Part shown: piece after piece, positions 43,360-56,953 of the stretch
Position numbering within the stretch: the stretch's first letter is position 1
Layout of the letters: every line of letters starts with the position of its first letter
DNA from: Actinomycetota bacterium
Lineage (GTDB): Bacteria; Actinomycetota; Thermoleophilia; Gaiellales; Gaiellaceae
Direction of reading: 5' to 3'
DNA length: 64,000 nt
NCBI GenBank assembly: GCA_046733295.1
Contig: JBKPOY010000038.1
Span: 4,951-68,950, forward strand
Position numbers and translations under genes: made by a program
The notes under the pieces: model-generated
Seen by the model: only the letters and a program-made list of their open reading frames with translations
The model's database searches: none
Told to the model about the DNA's origin: nothing

Positions 43360-43380
43360 GGGTCTGACCCCCGACATGCC
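43360..43380 (+). repeat. REP-like family 2, copy 1
   Basis: GGGTCTGACCCCCGACATGCC, bracketed by CCTGG/CCAGG and CCCGTCC/GGACGGG arms. Confidence 0.5.
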
Positions 43381-43464
43381 AGGTTCGGACGGGGCGGGCG
43401 GGCCGGCGGCTCACACGAAACGCGCATAACCATGCGGGCTTCGTAACCGTTCCGGCCATGGCCG

Positions 43465-43485
43465 GGGTCTGACCCCAGACATGCC
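43465..43485 (+). repeat. REP-like family 2, copy 2
   Basis: GGGTCTGACCCCAGACATGCC, preceded by the 14-nt palindrome CCGGCCATGGCCGG and by CGTAAC. Confidence 0.5.
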
Positions 43486-43493
43486 CCGCGAGG

Positions 43494-44660
43494 CTAGGCC
43501 GGGGTGGTCGACGCGACTACCTGGGCCTTGCCGCGCTCCTTCGCGCGGTACAGGGCCTCGTCGGCGCGCTCGAAGAACGTCCTCGGGTCGTCGTCGGGCT
43601 TCAGCTCGGCGACGCCGGCCGAGAACGAGAGCCGGCCCGCCTGGCCGACCGGACGCGCGGACAGCGCGGCCTGCAGCCGGCGGTAGAGCTGGTCGGCATC
43701 CGCGAGCGCCGACTCGGGCAGGATCACGGCGAACTCGTCGCCGCCGACGCGGCAGGCGATGTCGGCCGAGCGGACGACGTCCCGCACCCGCTCCGCGGAC
43801 TCGGCGATCACGGCATCGCCGGCGAGGTGGCCGATGCGGTCGTTGATCGCCTTGAAGTCGTCGAGGTCGAAGACGATCAGCGCCAGCCGCCGGCTGTAAC
43901 GATGGGCGCGTGCGACCTCGCGCGCGAGCGTGTCGTGGAAGTAGCGCCGGTTGTGGAGCCCGGTGAGGGCGTCGAGGTCGGCCAGCTGGCGTGCCTCGCG
44001 GAAGCGGGTCGCGTTCTCGATTGCCGGCCCGGCCCGCAGTGCGAGCTGCTCGAGCTCGCGAACCACGTCCTCGCTCCAGGTGTGCGAGCGCGACCGCGAG
44101 AAGACCGCGATGAAGCCAATCGAGCCGGTCTCCGTCTGGACGGGAACCGCGAGGCCGGAGTGGATGAGGTTCGCCGGACCGTCGCCCGCCGTCTCCACGG
44201 GATAGTCGTAGGCGAGTGAGATCGAGCGCGCCTCGGCGTCCCCCGGCGGCCCGGCGATTGACTGCCGCTGCGCCTCTTCGGCCGTGAGTCCGAGCGTCGC
44301 GATGATCGGCGCGTCGCCGCCGTGGTCGAGCCTCGCCAGAACCGCGTCGACACCCGGGATCGCGCCCGCCGCGTCCAGGGTGCGGGTCAGCACCTCGTCG
44401 AGGTCGATCGACCCGGCGAGCTCGCCGAGCATCCGGTTGCGCCGGCCCTCCTCCTGGGCCTGCTCGAGCGCCTGCGAGAGTTCGGCGACCATCGACTCCA
44501 TGCGGGAGTTCATCTCGGTGACGAGCTCGGTGAGGCGCTCGTCCCGGCTGCCTCTGCCCGCGGCGCGAGCGAACAACAGCGCGAGCAGCACGACGACCAG
44601 GGTCGCAATCGCGGCCCCGATCGCGACGACGAGCGTCGTCACTCCGAGCGGCTGCAGCAT
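43494..44660 (-). CDS. membrane-anchored diguanylate cyclase (TM + GAF-like sensor + GGDEF)
   Basis: LTGLHNRRYF, FDLDDFKAINDRIGHLAGD, RVGGDEFAVIL. Confidence 0.85.
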   Translation of the reverse strand: MLQPLGVTTLVVAIGAAIATLVVVLLALLFARAAGRGSRDERLTELVTEMNSRMESMVAELSQALEQAQEEGRRNRMLGELAGSIDLDEVLTRTLDAAGAIPGVDAVLARLDHGGDAPIIATLGLTAEEAQRQSIAGPPGDAEARSISLAYDYPVETAGDGPANLIHSGLAVPVQTETGSIGFIAVFSRSRSHTWSEDVVRELEQLALRAGPAIENATRFREARQLADLDALTGLHNRRYFHDTLAREVARAHRYSRRLALIVFDLDDFKAINDRIGHLAGDAVIAESAERVRDVVRSADIACRVGGDEFAVILPESALADADQLYRRLQAALSARPVGQAGRLSFSAGVAELKPDDDPRTFFERADEALYRAKERGKAQVVASTTPA

Positions 44661-44832
44661 GTTCGCTCCTCCGGCAACTGTCCCGATCCCCCGCTCGATG
44701 CCTCGGAAAGCGGGCCCGGTCTCACTGTAATTCGATTCCCTCGTTCTGACTATAGTTTGAAAGCAATAAAAAGCCCTGCTCGCACGGGTTTCTTTGCCCG
44801 GAAACGCCAGGAGTGAAGCGGCTTTGCGCGGT

Positions 44833-44862
44833 TTGACGGCCGCGCGAGCGTTTCGCTACCAT
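44833..44862 (+). promoter_or_regulatory. candidate housekeeping-type promoter of the str operon
   Basis: TTGACG-N18-TACCAT about 80 nt upstream of the rpsL ATG. AT-rich stretch at 44748-44775 upstream. Confidence 0.35.
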
Positions 44863-44944
44863 GCTCCTCCGGTTGGCAGGGGTGATGCCCCTGGCCAGCC
44901 TTTGTTGTGTCCGAACATCCTCTCCTGGAGTCACGAAAGCCGCA

Positions 44945-45316
44945 ATGCCAACCGTAAACCAGCTTGTGCGCAAGGGTCGCCTCGCACCGAAGGCGAAGAT
45001 GAAGACCCCTGCCCTCCGTGGCGCTCCCCAGAAGCGCGGCGTCTGCACGCGCGTGTACACGACCACGCCGAAGAAGCCGAACTCGGCCCTTCGCAAGGTC
45101 GCGCGCGTCCGGCTGACAAACGGCATGGAAGTCGGCTCGTACATTCCGGGTGAGGGACACAATTTGCAGGAGCACTCGGTCGTCCTCATCCGCGGCGGCC
45201 GCGTCAAGGACCTGCCGGGCTTCCGGTACAAGGTGATCCGGGGCGGCCTCGACGCCGCGGGCGTGGGCGACCGCCGCCAGGCCCGCTCGAAGTACGGCGC
45301 CAAGAAGGGTTCGTAA
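44945..45316 (+). CDS. rpsL: 30S ribosomal protein S12
   Basis: [12 protein letters not shown]...[16 protein letters not shown]. The ORF-track start 44861 is an upstream in-frame artefact. Confidence 0.97.
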   Translation: MPTVNQLVRKGRLAPKAKMKTPALRGAPQKRGVCTRVYTTTPKKPNSALRKVARVRLTNGMEVGSYIPGEGHNLQEHSVVLIRGGRVKDLPGFRYKVIRGGLDAAGVGDRRQARSKYGAKKGS

Positions 45317-45786
45317 TGCCCCGCCGTGCCGAAGTCCCGGTCCGCGAGCTCACGCCGGACCCCGTCCACAACTCACGCCTCGTCTCGCAGGTGATCAACC
45401 GCGTGATGACCCGCGGCAAGAAGAGCACCGCCGAGAAGATCGTCTACGACGCGCTCGACCGCGTCGGCGAGCAGACGGGCAAGCCACCCGTGGAGGTCCT
45501 CGAGCAGGCGATCAAGACGATCACACCGGTGCTCGAGGTTCGCTCCCGCCGGGTCGGCGGGGCGAACTACCAGGTGCCAGTGGAGGTGCCGCAGCGCCGC
45601 GCGCGGACACTCGCCGTCCGCTGGCTCGTCACCTTCTCGCGCGACCGGCGCGAGAAGCACATGTCGGAGAAGCTCGCCGGCGAGATCCTGGACGCCCTGA
45701 ACCAGCAGGGGAACGCGTTCAAGCGCAAGGACGACCTCTACCGAATGGCACAGGCCAACAAGGCCTTCGCCCACTACCGCTGGTAA
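45316..45786 (+). CDS. rpsG: 30S ribosomal protein S7
   Basis: TAATG junction. [20 protein letters not shown]. Confidence 0.97.
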   Translation: MPRRAEVPVRELTPDPVHNSRLVSQVINRVMTRGKKSTAEKIVYDALDRVGEQTGKPPVEVLEQAIKTITPVLEVRSRRVGGANYQVPVEVPQRRARTLAVRWLVTFSRDRREKHMSEKLAGEILDALNQQGNAFKRKDDLYRMAQANKAFAHYRW

Positions 45787-45791
45787 TTCAC

Positions 45792-47891
<2,100 letters not shown>

Positions 47892-47937
47892 GTACCGCTC
47901 CTAGAGTGCACAACCGTTTTTTCAACCGGAGGTAGGA

Positions 47938-49131
<1,194 letters not shown>

Positions 49132-49174
49132 ACGCTTCGCGTCCTGGGATCCACAAACGTAACTCGATAACTGA

Positions 49175-49480
49175 ATGGCGCAAAAAATCCGCATCCGTCT
49201 GAAGGGGTACGACCACACGCAGCTCGATCGGTCGGCGCAGTCGATCGTCGAGACGGCGCAGCGAACCGGTGCCACCATCACCGGTCCCGTGCCCCTTCCG
49301 ACGGAGAAGAACGTCTACACGGTCATCCGCAGCCCCTTCAAGGACAAGGACTCCCGTGAGCACTTCGAGATCCGGACCCATAAGCGGCTGATCGACATCC
49401 ACTCGCCGACCCCGAAGACGGTCGACTCGCTGATGCGGCTGGATCTTCCCGCCGGCGTCGACATCGAGATCAAGCTGTGA
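49175..49480 (+). CDS. rpsJ: 30S ribosomal protein S10
   Basis: [14 protein letters not shown]...RTHKRLIDI. Confidence 0.97.
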   Translation: MAQKIRIRLKGYDHTQLDRSAQSIVETAQRTGATITGPVPLPTEKNVYTVIRSPFKDKDSREHFEIRTHKRLIDIHSPTPKTVDSLMRLDLPAGVDIEIKL

Positions 49481-49604
49481 TGCAACGACGCCTCACCGCG
49501 CTGAGCTTTGCTGGGGAAGCCTCCCGATCGCTCCGCGTCGGTTTCCCTTCCCCTGGTCCGCTTGCGCGGACCCAACTTCCTGCCCCCGCTAACGGGGTCG
49601 CGGC

Positions 49605-50237
49605 ATGAAGGGAATTGTGGGCAGGAAGTTGGGCATGACCCAGGTCTTCGACGAGGAGACCGGCCGGGTCACGCCGGTGACGGTGATCGAGGCGGGCCCG
49701 TGCCCGGTCGTTTCCGTGAAGACGGCGGACGTCGACGGCTACGACGCGGTTCAGGTCGCCTACGGCGAGGTCGCCGAGGATCGGCTCTCGAAGCCGAAGC
49801 TCGGACATCTCAAGAAGAACGGTGTCGACCCGCACAAGCACCTGCTCGAGTTGCGCGGGCTGACGGGCGCGACCGAGGGCGAGGCCGTGACGGTGGAGAG
49901 CTTCGAGCCGGGTGACAAGATCAAGGTCTCGGGAATCTCGATCGGCAAGGGCTTCGCCGGCACGATCAAGCGGCACAACTTCGGCCGCGGCCCGACGTCC
50001 CACGGCTCGCACAACATCCGCAAGCCGGGTTCGGTCGGCGCGTCCGCCACTCCCTCGCGCGTGTTCAAGGGAATCAAGATGGCCGGCCGGCTCGGCGGCA
50101 AGCGGGTGACGCAGATCGGCCTCACGGTCCACTCGATCGACCCGGAGCAGAACCTCTTGCTCGTGAAGGGCGCCGTCCCGGGACCGAAGAACGGCATCGT
50201 CGAAGTCCGGGAGGAGGTCAAACGTGGCGGCGCCTAA
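49605..50237 (+). CDS. rplC: 50S ribosomal protein L3
   Basis: [15 protein letters not shown]...[13 protein letters not shown]. Confidence 0.97.
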   Translation: MKGIVGRKLGMTQVFDEETGRVTPVTVIEAGPCPVVSVKTADVDGYDAVQVAYGEVAEDRLSKPKLGHLKKNGVDPHKHLLELRGLTGATEGEAVTVESFEPGDKIKVSGISIGKGFAGTIKRHNFGRGPTSHGSHNIRKPGSVGASATPSRVFKGIKMAGRLGGKRVTQIGLTVHSIDPEQNLLLVKGAVPGPKNGIVEVREEVKRGGA

Positions 50238-50853
50238 GGCCCCCGTCATCGACGGCACCGGCAAGAAGTCGAAGGACCTGACGCTCGACGAGAGCGTCTT
50301 CGGAGCGACGGATGTGAAGCCGCACCTCGTCCACGAGACTGTGCGCGCGGAGATGAACGCCTCCCGCGCGGCCACTCGTGGCGTCAAGAGCCGCGGGCTC
50401 GTCGCCGGCGGCCGCTCGAAGCCGTGGCGCCAGAAGGGCACCGGCCGCGCCCGAGCGGGCTCGACCCGCGCCGTCCAGTGGACGGGCGGTGGCGTCGCCT
50501 TTCAGCCGCGGACGAACTTCACCGTCAAGGTCAATCGCAAGGAGCGGAAAGCGGCATTGCGTGCTGCGCTCTCGGCGCACACGGGCGAGGGGACGTTCGG
50601 CGTCCTCGCTGACGACTCGTTCGACGCACCCTCGACGAAGAGCGCGGCCGCCCTCGTCGAGGCCTGGGGCAAGGACCGGCCGCTCGTGGTGATTGTCCAG
50701 GAGGAGCAGGAGGGGATCGCCAAGTCGTTTCGAAACCTCGACGGCGTTCTCGTTATGACGCCGGCCGAGGTCGAGGTCTCCGCCCTCGTCTGGGCCCGGT
50801 CGCTGCTCGTCAGCCAGGCCGCGCTGGAGACGGTTCAGGGAAAGGCCAGCTGA
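50224..50853 (+). CDS. rplD: 50S ribosomal protein L4
   Basis: GTG start overlapping the rplC end. [20 protein letters not shown]. Confidence 0.95.
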   Translation: MAAPKAPVIDGTGKKSKDLTLDESVFGATDVKPHLVHETVRAEMNASRAATRGVKSRGLVAGGRSKPWRQKGTGRARAGSTRAVQWTGGGVAFQPRTNFTVKVNRKERKAALRAALSAHTGEGTFGVLADDSFDAPSTKSAAALVEAWGKDRPLVVIVQEEQEGIAKSFRNLDGVLVMTPAEVEVSALVWARSLLVSQAALETVQGKAS

Positions 50854-51152
50854 TGAGCCTGCATCCCAACGAAGTCCTGCTCGCGCCGGTGGTCTCGGAG
50901 AAGAGCTACGAGCAGATCGAGGCCGGCCGCAAATACTCGTTTCGCGTCCATCCCGACGCGCACAAGACCCAGGTCCGCCAGGCCGTCGAGGAGCTGTTCA
51001 ACGTGCATGTCGAGCGCGTGAACGTGATCCAGGTGCGCTCGAAGCCGAAGCGCCGCGGGATGGTGCGCGGTCGCAAGCCCGGCTGGAAGAAGGCGATCGT
51101 GCAGATCCGCGCCGGCGAGTCGATCGAGATCTTCGAGGGGGCGCAAGCCTGA
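50853..51152 (+). CDS. rplW: 50S ribosomal protein L23
   Basis: TGATG junction. [11 protein letters not shown]...KKAIVQ. Confidence 0.96.
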   Translation: MSLHPNEVLLAPVVSEKSYEQIEAGRKYSFRVHPDAHKTQVRQAVEELFNVHVERVNVIQVRSKPKRRGMVRGRKPGWKKAIVQIRAGESIEIFEGAQA

Positions 51153-51994
51153 TGGCTATTCGTCGCTACAAGCCCACCTCGCCCGGTCGGCGCTTCATGT
51201 CCGTCCCGGCATTCGACGAGATCACGAAGTCGGAGCCTGAGAAGAGCCTCACGGGCCCGCTCAAGAAGACCGGGGGTCGCAACCGCCAGGGGCGGATCAC
51301 GCGCCGCCACGCCGGGGGTGGCCACAAGCGCCGGTTCCGGACGATCGACTTCAAGCGGACGAAGGATGGTGTCCCCGCCAAGGTGGCGGCGATCGAGTAC
51401 GACCCCAACCGCTCGGCCCGGATCGCGCTGCTGCATTACGCCGACGGCGCGAAGTCGTACATCCTCGCGCCGGCGCGACTACGCGTGGGCGCGATCGTCG
51501 AGTCGGGCCCGAACGCCGACATCAAGCCTGGCAACTCCCTGCCACTGACCAACATCCCGACGGGGACGCTCGTGCACAACGTCGAGCTCAAGCCGGGCCA
51601 GGGCGGCAAGATGGCCCGCTCCGCCGGCTCGGGCGTGCAGCTTGTCGCAAAGGACGAGGGCTACGGCGTCCTGCGCCTTCCCTCCGGCGAGATGCGCCGC
51701 GTGCCCCTCGGGTGCCGCGCCACCATCGGACAAGTCGGTAACGTCGACCACGAGAACGTCACCGACGGCAAGGCCGGCCGGAGCCGCTGGCGCGGGAAGC
51801 GACCGACCGTCCGCGGGTCGGCGATGAACCCCGTCGACCACCCTCACGGCGGCGGCGAGGGCAAGTCGAAGGGCGGGCGCCACCCGGTGACGCCCTGGGG
51901 CGTGCCGACGCTCGGCAAGCGAACCCGCCGGAAGCACAAGGAGTCCGACAAGTTGATCGTTCGCGGCCGCCGCCGCGGAAAGGACAAAAGATGA
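51152..51994 (+). CDS. rplB: 50S ribosomal protein L2
   Basis: [32 protein letters not shown]. Confidence 0.98.
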   Translation: MAIRRYKPTSPGRRFMSVPAFDEITKSEPEKSLTGPLKKTGGRNRQGRITRRHAGGGHKRRFRTIDFKRTKDGVPAKVAAIEYDPNRSARIALLHYADGAKSYILAPARLRVGAIVESGPNADIKPGNSLPLTNIPTGTLVHNVELKPGQGGKMARSAGSGVQLVAKDEGYGVLRLPSGEMRRVPLGCRATIGQVGNVDHENVTDGKAGRSRWRGKRPTVRGSAMNPVDHPHGGGEGKSKGGRHPVTPWGVPTLGKRTRRKHKESDKLIVRGRRRGKDKR

Positions 51995-52073
51995 CGAAAA
52001 TGCTGCGCATTTCCGTCATGTGCTGGTTTGGACATCGCTGCGCTCGTAGGCATTCAAGAGAGGCATCCACAAA

Positions 52074-52358
52074 GTGAGTAGATCCAGTAAGAAGGGGCCC
52101 TTCGTCGAGGAGCGGCTGATGAGCCGCATCGCCTCGATGAACGAGTCGGGTAGCAAGCAGATGATCCGCACCTGGTCGCGGACCTCGACGATCTTCCCGG
52201 AGATGGTCGGGCACACGATCGCCGTCCACGACGGCCGTAAGCACGTGCCCGTCTTCGTCACCGAGCAGATGGTCGGCCACAAGCTCGGCGAGTTCGCGCC
52301 GACGCGGATGTTCCGCGGCCACTCGGGGGACCGCAAGACGGAGGTCAAGAGGGCGTAG
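52074..52358 (+). CDS. rpsS: 30S ribosomal protein S19
   Basis: GTG start. [11 protein letters not shown]...[15 protein letters not shown]. Confidence 0.96.
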   Translation: MSRSSKKGPFVEERLMSRIASMNESGSKQMIRTWSRTSTIFPEMVGHTIAVHDGRKHVPVFVTEQMVGHKLGEFAPTRMFRGHSGDRKTEVKRA

Positions 52359-52909
52359 TGGCGACTCCCGCGACCACTCAGGGACAGGAGGTGCGCGCCG
52401 TCGCCAAATGGGTGCGCATGTCGCCGCGGAAGGCGCGGCTCGTCGCGGATCACATCCGTGGGCGCACCGTGCCCGAGGCCCGAACGGTGCTCGCTTTCAC
52501 GCAGCGTGCGGCTGCGCGCGAGATCGAGAAGGTTCTCCACTCCGCGGTCTCGAACGCCGAGGCCAACCACGGCCTCACCGGCGACGAGCTCGTCATCACC
52601 GCCGCCTACGTCGACGAGGGCCCGGTGATGAAGCGGTGGCGCGCACGCGCGCGCGGCCGCGTCGCCCGGATCCGCAAGCCGACCTGCCACATCACCGTCA
52701 AGCTCGCCCCGGGGGCGGCGGCGGTCGCCGCGCCTCGGCCGGCTCCGGCTCCCGAGCCGGCCGCCGAGGAAGAGCAGCCGAGGGCCGAGGAGCCGACGGC
52801 CGAGAAGCCGAAGGCGGCTCCGAGGAAGAAGACGGAGCCGAAGGCCAAGGCCGCGGCGGACAAGCCGAAGCGCGCCCCCCGCAAGCGGAAAGAGGAGACC
52901 GAGAACTAA
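52358..52909 (+). CDS. rplV: 50S ribosomal protein L22, with ~65-aa Pro/Ala/Lys-rich C-terminal extension
   Basis: [16 protein letters not shown]...[11 protein letters not shown]. Confidence 0.95.
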   Translation: MATPATTQGQEVRAVAKWVRMSPRKARLVADHIRGRTVPEARTVLAFTQRAAAREIEKVLHSAVSNAEANHGLTGDELVITAAYVDEGPVMKRWRARARGRVARIRKPTCHITVKLAPGAAAVAAPRPAPAPEPAAEEEQPRAEEPTAEKPKAAPRKKTEPKAKAAADKPKRAPRKRKEETEN

Positions 52910-54144
52910 TGGGCCAGAAAGTTCACCCCGGCGGGTTGCGCGTCGGCGTCATCCACGACTGGAAGTCGAACTGGTACACGGGCAACAAGGACTTCGCCGA
53001 CTTCCTGGAGGAGGACGTCCGGATCCGCGAACACATCTACAACAAGCTCGCGCACGCGGGCCTGTCCGACATCCTGATCCGCAAGGATGCCCAGCGGATC
53101 ACGATCGACATCTACACCGCCCGCCCCGGCATCGTCATCGGGAAGTCAGGCGTCGAGGTCGACGCGCTGCGCAAGGACGTCCACGGCATGACGAACAAGG
53201 CCGTGCACATCAACATCAACGAGATCAAGCGGCCTGAGCTGGACGCCAAGCTCGTGGCACAGTCGATCGCGGAACAGCTCGAGAACCGCGTCAGCTTCCG
53301 CCGGGCGATGAAGCGCTCGCTCGCCTCGGCGATCCGCTCCGGCGCGCACGGCGTCAAGGTGCAGTGCGGAGGGCGGCTCGGCGGCGGCGAGATGAGCCGG
53401 TCGGAGAGTTACTCGGAGGGCCGCGTACCGCTGCACACGATCCGGGCCGACATCGACTATGGCTTCGCGGAGGCCAAGACGACGACGGGCCGGATCGGCG
53501 TCAAGGTCTGGATCAACAAGGGCGAGATCATGCCCTCCGGCTACGAGAGCGCCGCGCAGCAGAAGGACGCGCGCCTCGGCGACCAGGATCAGGCACGCCG
53601 CAAGGGCGGCCGCACGGAGGGGCTGGGCGCGAGCCGCGAAGGCGGCCGTGGCCGCGGCGCCGACCGCGAGGGGCTCGGGCCTGTCCGCCAGCGCCGACCC
53701 CGTCGCGGTGGCCAGGGCCGGGCGCGCCAGCGGGATGCCGGTGCGGAGCAAGCTGCCGAGACGGTCGAGCAGCCTCGCACCGACGAGCAGGGCGTGTCTG
53801 CGGAGGGCCGCGAGCAGCCGGTGATCGAGCCGCAGGTCGAAGAGACCCCCGCTGCGGTCGCCGACGCCCCCGACACGACCACGCGCAAGCAGATGCACGA
53901 GGACCCGACGAAGCTTGACCAGTCGGGCGACCCGGGCGCCGAGAAGAAGAAGAAGGCGTCCACGAAGGCCTCCGGCGGCAGGCCCTCGGCGAGCCGCGCC
54001 GCGAAGGCCGCTCCGAAGAAGGCGACCTCTGCCACGAAGGCCTCGGCGAGTAAGGGCGCCACCGCAAAGACGGCCGCGGCGAAGAAGCCCGCTGGGAAGA
54101 AGCCGGCCGCCAAGAAGCCTGCGGCGAAGAAGGACGACGAGTAG
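52909..54144 (+). CDS. rpsC: 30S ribosomal protein S3, with ~200-aa C-terminal extension
   Basis: TAATG junction. [13 protein letters not shown]...KH and S3_C blocks. The ORF-track start 52408 is an artefact overlapping rplV. Confidence 0.95.
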   Translation: MGQKVHPGGLRVGVIHDWKSNWYTGNKDFADFLEEDVRIREHIYNKLAHAGLSDILIRKDAQRITIDIYTARPGIVIGKSGVEVDALRKDVHGMTNKAVHININEIKRPELDAKLVAQSIAEQLENRVSFRRAMKRSLASAIRSGAHGVKVQCGGRLGGGEMSRSESYSEGRVPLHTIRADIDYGFAEAKTTTGRIGVKVWINKGEIMPSGYESAAQQKDARLGDQDQARRKGGRTEGLGASREGGRGRGADREGLGPVRQRRPRRGGQGRARQRDAGAEQAAETVEQPRTDEQGVSAEGREQPVIEPQVEETPAAVADAPDTTTRKQMHEDPTKLDQSGDPGAEKKKKASTKASGGRPSASRAAKAAPKKATSATKASASKGATAKTAAAKKPAGKKPAAKKPAAKKDDE

Positions 54145-54570
54145 ATGCTGCTCCCGAAGAAGACGAAGTTCCGCAAGTACCAGCGCGGCCGCCGGGCCGG
54201 GTTCTCCAAGGGCCAGACGAGCGTCCAGGCCGGTGATTTCGGGCTCAAGGCGCTCGAGGCGGGGTGGATCACCAACCGCCAGATCGAGGCTGCCCGAATT
54301 GCGATGACGCGCAAGATCCGCCGTGGCGGCAAGGTCTGGATCAACGTCTTCCCGGACAAGCCGGTGACCCAGAAGCCGGCCGAGACGCGCATGGGCTCCG
54401 GCAAGGGCGCGCCCGAGCACTGGGTCGCCGTGGTCAAGCCGGGCCGTGTGATGTTCGAGCTGGCCGGCGTGCCCGAGCCGCTGGCGAAAGAGGCGCTCCG
54501 GCTCGCCGGCCGAAAGCTGCCGATCAAGACGAGAGTCGTGCGCCGGGAGGCTGATCTCTTTGCGAGCTAG
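54145..54570 (+). CDS. rplP: 50S ribosomal protein L16
   Basis: [16 protein letters not shown]...[19 protein letters not shown]. Confidence 0.97.
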   Translation: MLLPKKTKFRKYQRGRRAGFSKGQTSVQAGDFGLKALEAGWITNRQIEAARIAMTRKIRRGGKVWINVFPDKPVTQKPAETRMGSGKGAPEHWVAVVKPGRVMFELAGVPEPLAKEALRLAGRKLPIKTRVVRREADLFAS

Positions 54571-54772
54571 GGACCTGCGGGATCTGACCGACGACGAGCT
54601 GGAGTTCCAGCTGGCGGAGCGCCGTCAGGAGCTCTTCAACCTGCGCTTCCAGGGGGCGACGGGCGCGCTGGAGAATACGGCGCGGCTCAAGCTCGCGAAG
54701 CGCGAGATCGCCCGCATCCTCACCGTCCGGACCGAGCGAGAGGCGAACGCGAATCGAGTGACGAATGGCTGA
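54560..54772 (+). CDS. rpmC: 50S ribosomal protein L29
   Basis: TTG start. [26 protein letters not shown]. Confidence 0.93.
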   Translation: MRARDLRDLTDDELEFQLAERRQELFNLRFQGATGALENTARLKLAKREIARILTVRTEREANANRVTNG

Positions 54773-55508
54773 CGAGAACCAGAACGAGCGGACAGAGAAC
54801 GAGCAGGTCGAAGAGACCGAACCGACCGAGCAGACGGTCTCCGCCCCGGAGGGGCCGGTAGCGCCTGCGGCCGCGGCCGACGAACCGGCGGCCGACGAGC
54901 CCGCCGCTGACGAGCCTGCGGCCGAGGAGCAGGCGGCCGACGAGCCCGTCGCCGAGGAGGCTCCGGCCGAGGAGTCGCCCGCCGAGGAGGCCCCGGCCGA
55001 GGAACTGCCGGCCGACCACGCGCCCGTCGCCGACGCGGAGCCGGAGCCGGCGCCGGACGTCGAGGCCGAGGCGGCCGCTGCGGAGGCCCCCGAGGCCGAG
55101 GCCGGCGAAGAGGCCGCCGCCGAGGTCGCGCCGCAGCCCGGGCGTAAGAAGAAGCCGAAGCGCCTGCCGCGCTCCCAGCGGCACAAGCACTCCAAGCCGA
55201 AGCGCGAGCGGCCGGCCGAGCGAAGGGCGATCACCCGCCAGCCGAAGCCCGAGCAGGAGCGCGGACGGCGGCAGGAGCGTCGCGGCGTTGTCGTCTCGAA
55301 TGCCGCTGACAAGACGATCGTTGTCAGGGTCGACGCCGTGAAGGCGCACCCGAAGTACAAGAAGGTCGTGCGCCGATCGACGCGGTTCCACGCCCACGAC
55401 GAGCAGAACCAGGCGAACGTCGGCGACGTCGTCCGGATCGTCGAGACCCGGCCGCTGTCTAAGACCAAGAACTGGCGACTGGCCGAGGTCGTCGAGGTGG
55501 CCAAATGA
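54765..55508 (+). CDS. rpsQ: 30S ribosomal protein S17, with ~165-aa N-terminal extension
   Basis: ATG overlaps the rpmC stop (ATGGCTGA). S17 core [19 protein letters not shown]...[11 protein letters not shown]. No other in-frame ATG/GTG/TTG upstream of the core. Confidence 0.9.
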   Translation: MADENQNERTENEQVEETEPTEQTVSAPEGPVAPAAAADEPAADEPAADEPAAEEQAADEPVAEEAPAEESPAEEAPAEELPADHAPVADAEPEPAPDVEAEAAAAEAPEAEAGEEAAAEVAPQPGRKKKPKRLPRSQRHKHSKPKRERPAERRAITRQPKPEQERGRRQERRGVVVSNAADKTIVVRVDAVKAHPKYKKVVRRSTRFHAHDEQNQANVGDVVRIVETRPLSKTKNWRLAEVVEVAK

Positions 55509-55554
55509 CGACCGTCCACCGCCTGTATCGGGCCCGCCGGGCAGGAGGCGCTCA

Positions 55555-55923
55555 GTGATCCAGCAGGAATCCCGCCTGCGGGTCGCCGACAACACCGGAG
55601 CCCGCGAGATCCTCTGCATCCGCGTCAAGGGCGGCTCGAAGCGCCGCTACGCGCGGGTGGGCGACGTGATCACGGCGACCGTGAAGACGGCGACGCCTCA
55701 GGGCGCCATCAAGAAGGGCGAGGTCGTCCAGGCCGTGATCGTGCGGACCCGCAAGCCGTATGGCCGCGACGACGGTACCTCGATCGCCTTCGACGAGAAC
55801 GCGGCCGTGATCATCGACCAGGGGAACAACCCGCGCGGCACCCGGATCTTCGGGCCGGTCGCGCGCGAGCTCCGCGAGAAGAACTTCATGAAGATCGTCT
55901 CACTCGCCCCGGAGGTTTTGTAA
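55555..55923 (+). CDS. rplN: 50S ribosomal protein L14
   Basis: [19 protein letters not shown]. Confidence 0.97.
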   Translation: MIQQESRLRVADNTGAREILCIRVKGGSKRRYARVGDVITATVKTATPQGAIKKGEVVQAVIVRTRKPYGRDDGTSIAFDENAAVIIDQGNNPRGTRIFGPVARELREKNFMKIVSLAPEVL

Positions 55924-56295
55924 GTGAGTTCGAGGATGAAGGTCCGCAAGGGCGACACCGTCCACATGATCAAAGGCAAGGACCGCGGCAAGCAAGGCCG
56001 CGTCATCGACGCGCGTCCTCAGGAGCGCCGCGTCATCGTCGAGAACCTCAATCTCGTCAAGCGGCACACGAAGCCAAAGCCGATGCGCGACTCGAGCCGG
56101 ATGGGCGGGACCCAGATGACGCCGGGCGGCGTGATCGAGAAGGCATCGCCGGTGCCGGTCGACAACGTCATGGTCGTCTGCCCGACCTGTAACCGGCCGA
56201 CGCGGATCGGCATGAAGCTCAAGGACGTCAAGGACAAGCACCTGCACGTGCGCGTCTGCAAGCGCGCCGACTGCGGCGAGGAGATCGACAAGTGA
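55924..56295 (+). CDS. rplX: 50S ribosomal protein L24 (C-terminal CxxC...CxxxxC zinc-ribbon-like variant)
   Basis: [23 protein letters not shown] motif. [11 protein letters not shown]...[11 protein letters not shown] 55924 has GGAGG 10 nt upstream; ATG 55936 is an alternative. Confidence 0.93.
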   Translation: MSSRMKVRKGDTVHMIKGKDRGKQGRVIDARPQERRVIVENLNLVKRHTKPKPMRDSSRMGGTQMTPGGVIEKASPVPVDNVMVVCPTCNRPTRIGMKLKDVKDKHLHVRVCKRADCGEEIDK

Positions 56296-56335
56296 GCGGA
56301 TCGTCCTCCTGCCGCCTGCCGAAAGGTGACCGCTG

Positions 56336-56953
56336 ATGGCTCGAGCGCGAAGCCAGAACGGAAACGGCTACACGCCTCGCCTCAAGGAGCGCTACGAGAG
56401 TGAGCTGCGTGTGCGGCTGAAGGACGAGCTCGGCGTCTCGTCCCTGATGGACGTGCCCCGGCTACAGAAGATCACGCTCAACATGGGTATCGGCGACGCC
56501 AAGACGGAGGCCAAGGTGCTCGACAACGCGCTCGAGCAGCTGACGACGATCGCCGGCCAGCGGGCGCAGGTGCGCCGTGCGCGGAAGTCCGTCGCGAGCT
56601 TCAAGCTGCGCGAGGGGATGCCCGTCGGCGTCCGCGTGACGCTGCGCGGCGCGCGAATGTGGGAGTTCCTCGACCGCCTGATCTCGATCGCGCTGCCGCG
56701 GATCCGCGACTTCCGCGGCCTCAGCCCCTCGTCGTTCGACGGGCGCGGCAACTTCTCGCTCGGGATCCGCGAGCAGATCATCTTCCCGGAGATCAACTAC
56801 GACGACGTCGACACGATCCGAGGCCTCGACGTCGCGATCACGACGACCGCGAAGGACAACCGGCAGGCGGAGGCACTTCTCCGCGGTCTCGGGATGCCGT
56901 TCCCAGGCATGGCCGAGGGTGAGCAGAGCTCGGAAGGAGACGAACAAACCTAG
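56336..56953 (+). CDS. rplE: 50S ribosomal protein L5
   Basis: [11 protein letters not shown]...[11 protein letters not shown]...FPEINYD. Confidence 0.96.
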   Translation: MARARSQNGNGYTPRLKERYESELRVRLKDELGVSSLMDVPRLQKITLNMGIGDAKTEAKVLDNALEQLTTIAGQRAQVRRARKSVASFKLREGMPVGVRVTLRGARMWEFLDRLISIALPRIRDFRGLSPSSFDGRGNFSLGIREQIIFPEINYDDVDTIRGLDVAITTTAKDNRQAEALLRGLGMPFPGMAEGEQSSEGDEQT

